This document shows, piece by piece, positions 32,633-38,777 of a DNA stretch of 38,777 nt. Below the pieces are notes generated by a model. That model had not been told where the DNA came from, ran no database searches, and worked only from the letters and a program-made list of their open reading frames with translations. The first letter of the stretch is position 1; each line of letters opens with the position of its first letter. The position numbers were made by a program, and so were the translations under genes. The stretch lies in NCBI GenBank assembly GCA_046583355.1, contig JAYGCM010000077.1:1-38777 (forward strand). Direction: 5' to 3'. The DNA is from Deltaproteobacteria bacterium (lineage in GTDB: Bacteria > Desulfobacterota > Binatia > UBA12015).

Positions 32633-34354
32633 GTGCGTCTGACATCACTTTTTGCCCCGACCCTGAAAGACGACCCGGCCGATGCCGAGGTCGTAAGCCA
32701 CAAGCTGCTGGTACGCGCCGGCATGATCCGCCAAGTCGCGCGCGGTATCTACGATTACCTGCCCTTGGGCCTCAAGGTCCTGCGCCGGGTCGAGAAAATC
32801 GTCCGTGAGGAACTCGATCGCGCCGGCTGCCAGGAAATCCTCATGCCCGCCGTCTGCCCGGCCGGACTCTGGCAGGAAAGTGGCCGCTGGGACCAATATG
32901 GCAAGGAACTCCTGCGCCTACGCGACCGCAACGACCGCGAATTCTGTTTCGGCCCGACACATGAAGAAGTCGTAACCGACCTGGTCCGCGGTGAGCTCCG
33001 CTCTTACCGCGACCTGCCGAAGAATCTCTACCAAGTACAAACAAAGTTTCGCGACGAGGTGCGGCCTCGCTTCGGGCTCATGCGTGGCCGGGAATTCCTC
33101 ATGAAGGATGGCTACTCCTTCCACGCCGACCGCGCCGACGCCGAGCGCGAATACCACCATATGTACGAGGTCTACGAGCGCATCTTCCGCCGATGCGGCC
33201 TGGAATTCCGCGCCGTCGAAGCCGATACCGGCTCAATCGGTGGCTCTCTCAGCCACGAGTTCCAAGTCCTGGCGTCTTCGGGCGAAGACGAGGTTGCCGC
33301 CTGTAATTCGTGTGATTACGCAGCCAATGTAGAGAAGGCCGAACTCCGCGCCGCGCCCGCAGACGCTCTCAGCGAAGAAGCCAAGGACGAGCTCAAACGC
33401 GTCTCCACGCCGGGCCGTACCACCATCGAGGAAGTCTCCTCCTCGCTTTCGCTGCCCTTTGACCGTTTCATCAAGACGTTGATTTACGTAACCGCCGAGG
33501 GCAAGAAGGTAGCGGCGCTGGTGCGCGGCGACCATCAACTCTCGGAAGCGAAATTGCGCACCGCATTGCGCACCGACACGGTGACGCTGGCGAACGCTGC
33601 CGTGGTCCAGGAAGTCACCGGCGCACCGGTCGGCTTCGCCGGCCCCATCGGCCTCGAGATCCCGATCCTCGCCGACCAATGCCTGCACGGCATCCAGGGT
33701 GCCGTGAGTGGCGCCAATGCCGCCGACGAGCACCTCATAGGCGTCTCGCATGACCGTGACTTCGGTGACAATGTCGACTTCGCCGACCTGCACCTGGCGG
33801 TTGCCGGGGACGCCTGCCCGCGCTGTGAAAATGGCGCCTTCGAGATGCACCGCGGCATCGAGGTCGGTCAGGTTTTCTATCTCGGCACGAAATATTCCAA
33901 AGCCATGGGGGCAACGATCCTCGACCAGCAGGGCAAGGATATACCGCTGGAGATGGGTTGTTATGGGATCGGAATCTCGCGCACGCTGGCCGCCGCTGTC
34001 GAGCAAAGCCACGATGAGCACGGCATCATCTGGCCTCTCCCGCTCGCCCCCTACGCGGTGCAGATCGTACCAACCAAGATGAAGGACGATGCCGTGCGCG
34101 CCGCCGCCGAGACGCTCTACAAGGAACTGATCGCAGCCGGTGTTGATGTCCTTCTTGACGACCGCGACGAACGCCCCGGGGTCAAGTTTAAAGATGCGGA
34201 CCTCATCGGCACGCCCTTGCGCGTAACCATCGGCCCGCGCGGGCTCGAGAAGGGTATCGTCGAGCTACGCCATCGCAAAAGCGGCGATACCGAAGAATTC
34301 CCCGCAGCCGAGGCCGTCGCAAAAATCGCAGCATTGGCGACGCAGGGCCGATGA
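32633..34354 (+). CDS. proS: Proline--tRNA ligase (bacterial type with INS editing domain)
   Basis: SHKLLVRAGMIRQ, GPTHEE, KFRDEVRPRFGLMRGREFLMKD, GIEVGQVF.LGTKYS, MGCYGIG. Confidence 0.98.
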   Translation: MRLTSLFAPTLKDDPADAEVVSHKLLVRAGMIRQVARGIYDYLPLGLKVLRRVEKIVREELDRAGCQEILMPAVCPAGLWQESGRWDQYGKELLRLRDRNDREFCFGPTHEEVVTDLVRGELRSYRDLPKNLYQVQTKFRDEVRPRFGLMRGREFLMKDGYSFHADRADAEREYHHMYEVYERIFRRCGLEFRAVEADTGSIGGSLSHEFQVLASSGEDEVAACNSCDYAANVEKAELRAAPADALSEEAKDELKRVSTPGRTTIEEVSSSLSLPFDRFIKTLIYVTAEGKKVAALVRGDHQLSEAKLRTALRTDTVTLANAAVVQEVTGAPVGFAGPIGLEIPILADQCLHGIQGAVSGANAADEHLIGVSHDRDFGDNVDFADLHLAVAGDACPRCENGAFEMHRGIEVGQVFYLGTKYSKAMGATILDQQGKDIPLEMGCYGIGISRTLAAAVEQSHDEHGIIWPLPLAPYAVQIVPTKMKDDAVRAAAETLYKELIAAGVDVLLDDRDERPGVKFKDADLIGTPLRVTIGPRGLEKGIVELRHRKSGDTEEFPAAEAVAKIAALATQGR

Positions 34355-35109
34355 GCCGACAAACCCCACCGGCGAGCCCCCGCGAGAGGCTCATCTTTCC
34401 GCTCGACGTCGACTCTTCTTCTGAAGCTCTCAAATTCGTCGACCTGCTGCGCGACGAGGTTGGCGTCTTCAAGGTTGGCAAGCAACTATTCTTGCACTCC
34501 GGACCCGAGATCATCCGGGAGATCCGCAAGCGCGGCGGCGAGGTCTTCCTCGATCTGAAATTCCACGACATTCCGCGAACGGTGGCACGCGCCAGCAGGG
34601 AAGCGACTCGGCTCGCCGTGAAGATGTTCACACTGCATGCGTCTGGATCTACCGAGATGATGCGCACCACCGCCCAGGAAGTCGACCAGGTCTGCCGCCG
34701 CGAGAAGCTCAAACGGCCGATCATTCTCGCCGTCACGGTTCTCACGAGCCTGGGCCCCGAGGACCTGCGCCGGGTCGGCTTCCGCTCGGGCATCGAGTCG
34801 CAGGTGGCGCGCCTGGCCCGCCTCGCCACCGATTCGGGCATGGATGGCGTGGTCGCTTCCCCCCTTGAGGTAAAGCGCATCCGGCGCGAATGCGGCATCA
34901 AACCCTTGCTGGTTACCCCCGGCGTACGGCCCCGGGCCGAGGCATGGGACGACCAGAAGCGAGTCATGACACCCTTGGAGGCGATCAAAGCCGGGTCGGA
35001 TTTCCTCGTGATCGGCCGGCCGATCCGCGATGCGAAAGACCCGGTCGCCATGGCGCGAGATATTGTCGCCGATATCGAAAAAGGACTCGCGGAGCGCCGA
35101 CGCAAATGA
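34351..35109 (+). CDS. pyrF: Orotidine-5'-phosphate decarboxylase
   Basis: FKVGKQL, FLDLKFHDIP.TV, AVTVLTS, VTPGVR, DDQKRV.TP, VIGRPI. Confidence 0.97.
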   Translation: MSRQTPPASPRERLIFPLDVDSSSEALKFVDLLRDEVGVFKVGKQLFLHSGPEIIREIRKRGGEVFLDLKFHDIPRTVARASREATRLAVKMFTLHASGSTEMMRTTAQEVDQVCRREKLKRPIILAVTVLTSLGPEDLRRVGFRSGIESQVARLARLATDSGMDGVVASPLEVKRIRRECGIKPLLVTPGVRPRAEAWDDQKRVMTPLEAIKAGSDFLVIGRPIRDAKDPVAMARDIVADIEKGLAERRRK

Positions 35110-36479
35110 CCCGATTACGCGCGCGCCCCCTCATTTTTCTTCTGCTTCTGGCAATCCTTTGGCCGCGCGCGGGAAGCGCTGCAGCGCCCCTCTCCGAGCA
35201 GGTGACCGCCAAAACCCTTGCCAACGGGCTCGAGATGATCCTCCTGCCCGACCACAAGGCGCCCGTTGGCGTGGTGCAGGTCTGGTATCGGGTCGGGTCG
35301 CGCAACGAGACGCCGGGACGAACGGGACTCTCGCATATGCTTGAGCATATGATGTTCAAGGGCACCGAGCGTTTCGCCTCCGGCGAATACTCGAAAATCA
35401 TCGCACGCCAGGGCGGCAGCGAAAACGCCTTTACCTCCGACGACGCAACGACCTATTTCGCCAAACTCGCAGCCGATAGGCTCGACGTCGAATTGGAGCA
35501 AGAGGCCGATCGCATGCGCGGCCTCGTTCTGAGTGCCGAGGAATTCGAACCCGAGCGCAAGGTGGTGGCCGAAGAGCGCCGGATGCGCGTCGAAGATGAC
35601 CCGATTTCCTATCTCTTCGAAGCCCTCAATGCCGTGGTCTTCACCACCCACCCCTACCGCCACCCGACCATCGGCTGGGAAGGCGATATTGAGAGTTGGA
35701 CGCTCGCCGACCTGAAACAGCACTACGATCTCTACTACCAACCCGGTAATGCCGTGGTTATCGTCGCCGGCGATTTCGAGCCCGACGAGATGGCGCAGCG
35801 TATCGAGGCCAACTTCGGCTCGATTCCCGCAGGCCCCCGCCCGCCGCAGATGATGGTCCGCGAAGAAGCGCCGCGTGGCCCGAAGCGCATCGAGGTCACG
35901 CGGCCCGCGCGGCTTCCCTTCGTTGTCTTGATGCACCCGACGCCCAATCTGCACCACGGCGACAACGCCGCCTTGGAAGTCCTTGAGGTCATCCTCGCCA
36001 CAGGCAAGAGTTCACGCCTCCATGAGGCGCTGGTGCTCGAAGACCAGGTCGCTCTCGGCGCCGGTGCCCATTACGCACGTACCGCCGTCGACGACCGCAC
36101 CTTCAGCCTCAGCGCACAGGCACAACCCGGCCGCTCGGCAGCCGAGGTAGAAAGCGCGCTGCTCGCCCAGATCCGAAAAATCCAGGAGGCGCCGCCCGGA
36201 GACGAAGAATTGGCGCGGGCCAAGCGCCAGATCGAATCCGGGTTCATCTTCTCGCAAGATTCGATCTTCTATCGTGCCATGCTTCTGGGCACCTACGAGA
36301 TGGCCGGCGGCTGGGAACAGATCGACGAATACCTGCCGGCGGTCGCGGCCGTAAAGCCCGAGGATATCCAACGCGTGGCGCGTACCTGGCTCACGGCCGA
36401 TCGACGCACCACCGGCATTCTCCATCCCGAAAAAACCGCCCCGAGTCCGACCGGCGCAGACAAGGCAGGCGCAAAATGA
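35106..36479 (+). CDS. M16B zinc peptidase, catalytic subunit (exported)
   Basis: Signal peptide, LANGL, GLSHMLEHMMFKGT (HxxEH), ENAFTS, EERR; ATG 35106 overlaps the pyrF stop. Confidence 0.93.
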   Translation: MTRLRARPLIFLLLLAILWPRAGSAAAPLSEQVTAKTLANGLEMILLPDHKAPVGVVQVWYRVGSRNETPGRTGLSHMLEHMMFKGTERFASGEYSKIIARQGGSENAFTSDDATTYFAKLAADRLDVELEQEADRMRGLVLSAEEFEPERKVVAEERRMRVEDDPISYLFEALNAVVFTTHPYRHPTIGWEGDIESWTLADLKQHYDLYYQPGNAVVIVAGDFEPDEMAQRIEANFGSIPAGPRPPQMMVREEAPRGPKRIEVTRPARLPFVVLMHPTPNLHHGDNAALEVLEVILATGKSSRLHEALVLEDQVALGAGAHYARTAVDDRTFSLSAQAQPGRSAAEVESALLAQIRKIQEAPPGDEELARAKRQIESGFIFSQDSIFYRAMLLGTYEMAGGWEQIDEYLPAVAAVKPEDIQRVARTWLTADRRTTGILHPEKTAPSPTGADKAGAK

Positions 36480-37813
36480 GGCTGCGACAAGTTTTGAGTT
36501 CCGCAGCATTCCTCTTTCTCAGTACCTGCCCGACCGCCGCCAGCGCATTTGAATCCCAGCGAGCCACGCTCGACAACGGCCTGCGCCTCGTCATGTCGGA
36601 ACAAAAATCGGTGCCCATCGTCTCAATTGATTGCCTCGTCGATGGAGGCGCACGCATCGACCCGCGCGACCGCCCCGGCCTCGCCGGCATCACGGCAGAT
36701 CTCCTCGACGAAGGAACCCGGGCGGAGACGGCGCGCGAGATCGCGCGCCGCATCGACTCGATCGGGGGCTCGTTCGGCACCGGCGCGGCCTACGATTGGA
36801 CGCATATTGGAGCCGCTGTTCTCGCACGCGATTTCACAATCGCGATGGATCTGATCGCCAATAGCCTCCGCTACCCGACCTTTCCGGAGGCCGAGGTCGA
36901 GCGCGTGCGCCGTGAAACCCTTGGCGGACTCGAAGCCGCAGAAGAAAACCCGGGCGGTGTCGCCGCTCGCACCTTCCGCCAGGCGCTCTACGGAGACGCC
37001 AGCTACGGCCACCCGGTCGCGGGAACGCCCGCCGCGGTGCAGGCCATCACCCGCGCCGAGATTCTGGCCTTCCATCAGCGCTCCATCACGCCCGACCAGA
37101 CAATCTGCGCCATCGTCGGCGATATCGCGACCGACCAGATGCTCGCCACGGCCCGCGCCAAGCTGGGCGACTGGCAAGGCGTCGCCGTGCTGAGCAAAGA
37201 TCGGCTCACCACCCCGCCAGCGAGCCGTGAGATCCGCATCGATCGGCCCGTGACCCAGGCCAATATCGTCATCGGCCAGCTCGGCGTCGCACGGGACAAT
37301 GCGGATTATTTCCCGATCCTCCTGATGAACCACATTCTCGGCGGTGGCGGCTTCACTTCGCGGCTGATGCAAGAAATCCGCACCCGCAAGGGACTCGCCT
37401 ACTCCGTCTACAGCCGTTTCTCCTCAAACCGCCTGCCCGGGCCCTTCCGCGTCGTCCTGCAAACCCGTGCCCAGACCGCCGGCGAGGCGATCGCCATCGT
37501 CCGGCGCGAAATCTCACGGATGCATCGCAACGGGGTGAGCGCAGAGGAATTGGCCGCGGCGCAGGACTTCCTCACCGGGAGCTTCCCCTTGCGTCTCGAC
37601 TCGACGGCCAAACTCTCGGGTCTTCTTGCCCAGATCGAGTATTTCGGACTCGGCGACGATTATATCGAGCGCTATGGCGAGCGGGTGCGAAGCGTCACCT
37701 TGGCCGAGGTCGCCGCCGCGGCTCGCCGGCATCTTCGGCCGGAGGACTTGATCGTCGTCGCGGTCGGGCCCGAAGTCGAGCTCAGCCAACAAGGCTTTTC
37801 GGCAACCGAATGA
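36476..37813 (+). CDS. M16B peptidase, non-catalytic partner subunit
   Basis: Lacks HxxEH (GLAGITADLLDEGT instead), Gly-rich ILGGGGFTSRL and R..KGLAYSV; ATGA overlap with the catalytic subunit gene. Confidence 0.9.
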   Translation: MRLRQVLSSAAFLFLSTCPTAASAFESQRATLDNGLRLVMSEQKSVPIVSIDCLVDGGARIDPRDRPGLAGITADLLDEGTRAETAREIARRIDSIGGSFGTGAAYDWTHIGAAVLARDFTIAMDLIANSLRYPTFPEAEVERVRRETLGGLEAAEENPGGVAARTFRQALYGDASYGHPVAGTPAAVQAITRAEILAFHQRSITPDQTICAIVGDIATDQMLATARAKLGDWQGVAVLSKDRLTTPPASREIRIDRPVTQANIVIGQLGVARDNADYFPILLMNHILGGGGFTSRLMQEIRTRKGLAYSVYSRFSSNRLPGPFRVVLQTRAQTAGEAIAIVRREISRMHRNGVSAEELAAAQDFLTGSFPLRLDSTAKLSGLLAQIEYFGLGDDYIERYGERVRSVTLAEVAAAARRHLRPEDLIVVAVGPEVELSQQGFSATE

Positions 37814-37860
37814 AGCGATTTCGCCTCCTCCCCCACCCGAATGCTGGCCGCGGGGCTCCC

Positions 37861-37889
37861 TTGACTCCCCCCCGGGCCGAAACTAGGCA
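37861..37889 (+). promoter_or_regulatory. Putative sigma70 promoter of rpoD
   Basis: TTGACT-N17-TAGGCA. Confidence 0.4.
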
Positions 37890-37952
37890 TCCAAACGTGC
37901 TCGCAGGCTTGATCTCCCCCGCTTGGATGAAGTCCAGACGAAAGGCTTGTTC

Positions 37953-38777
37953 GTGAAAAAGACTCCTCGCGCCACCGCCCGCAAGACCACTGCCAAGAAG
38001 CGCGCCCCCGCGGCGAAGCCTACGAGCAAGGCCATTGCCAAGAAGGCCATTGCCAAGAAGGCCGCCGCCAAGAAGGCCGTCGCCAAAAAGGCCGTCGCGA
38101 AAAAGGCCGCCGGCAAGAAGGTCGCCGGCAAGAAGGTCGTTGCGCAGAAGGTCGTTACCAAGAAGACAGGTACGAAAAAGGCAGTTGCCGCAAAGAAGAA
38201 GGCGGGACCATCGAGCGCGGCCGCGAAAAAGGCGACGGCCAGCAAATCGTCCAGCGCAAAAAAGGCCACGGCCACCAAGCTGGAGATCGTAAAAAAATCT
38301 GCCACGCCGAAAAAAGCCACCAGCAAAAAATCCGCAGCGGGCGCCAAGAAAGGTACCGCGAAAAGCAAATCCGAGGCGCGGATCAAAAAACTGATCGACC
38401 TCGGCAAGGAGCGTGGCTACCTCACATCCGAGGAAGTCAGCAAAGGATTCGGCAAAGAAGCGAGCTCCTCGGACGATATCGACAACGTGATGACCCTGCT
38501 CGGCGATCTCGACATCGAAGTCGTAGAGCAGGCCGAAGCCGGCTCCGAAGGCCCCGAATTCGACTCGCAGGATGCCGATGAGAATTCCCCCGCCGGGGCA
38601 ACGCCGAGCCGCAGTTCCGGACTCGCCACGCGCACACGGGCACCTGCCTCGACCACCAGCGCCGCCGAGACCTCCGATCCGGTTCGCATGTACCTCCAGG
38701 AAATGGGCGGCGTCCCCCTTCTCTCACGCGAAGATGAGGTGACGATCGCCAAACAGATCGAATCCGGCGAGAACGAA
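37953..38777 (+). CDS. rpoD: Primary sigma factor RpoD (5' part, runs off the window) with Lys/Ala-rich N-terminal extension
   Basis: Absent from the ORF track because it has no stop. Manual translation from GTG 37953 gives KKA-rich repeats, then IKKLIDLGKERGYLTSEEV (region 1.1) and TSDPVRMYLQEMGGVPLLSREDEVTIAKQIE (region 1.2). Confidence 0.92.
   Translation, partial: MKKTPRATARKTTAKKRAPAAKPTSKAIAKKAIAKKAAAKKAVAKKAVAKKAAGKKVAGKKVVAQKVVTKKTGTKKAVAAKKKAGPSSAAAKKATASKSSSAKKATATKLEIVKKSATPKKATSKKSAAGAKKGTAKSKSEARIKKLIDLGKERGYLTSEEVSKGFGKEASSSDDIDNVMTLLGDLDIEVVEQAEAGSEGPEFDSQDADENSPAGATPSRSSGLATRTRAPASTTSAAETSDPVRMYLQEMGGVPLLSREDEVTIAKQIESGENE
38028..38165 (+). repeat. Degenerate 15-bp tandem repeat encoding AKKAV/AKKAI-type pentapeptides
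   Basis: AAGGCCATTGCCAAG AAGGCCATTGCCAAG AAGGCCGCCGCCAAG AAGGCCGTCGCCAAA..., about 9 units. Confidence 0.85.

Noticed and set aside
38028..38165. Tandem repeats as a CRISPR array
   Set aside because: Contiguous degenerate 15-mers with no spacers, in frame within rpoD, and no cas genes.

Overview
GC-rich bacterial chromosomal window. The gene content and the style of the secreted proteins suggest a deltaproteobacteria-like lineage such as Ca. Binatota (inference, not verified). Housekeeping blocks are surA-pdxA-PMM/PGM, lrp-gltBD, proS-pyrF-M16 peptidase pair, and a partial rpoD at the right edge. Catabolic genes are a TauD dioxygenase, the steroid C/D-ring genes ipdA-ipdB-echA20, an alkyl-sulfatase-type MBL, a Ddn/F420-type oxidoreductase, an MDR dehydrogenase and an AurF-like diiron protein. 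Envelope genes are a HEAT lipoprotein, DsbA, GT2 and GT-C-like glycosyltransferases, and two Cys-rich secreted proteins. The most notable observations are: (i) a secreted Cys-rich protein ending in SPSGAFLD, a candidate C-terminal sorting signal; (ii) a ~306-bp element with ~42-bp GGGGACGT terminal inverted repeats and an HTH remnant, which supplies the stop codon of a glycosyltransferase gene; (iii) a 21+1+21 bp palindrome directly upstream of an AAA-ATPase/DUF4143 gene collapsed to its two ends; (iv) an RpoD with a ~143-aa histone-H1-like N-terminal extension; (v) a secreted protein with an atypical CX5CH putative heme motif. No rRNA, tRNA or CRISPR array was recognised.
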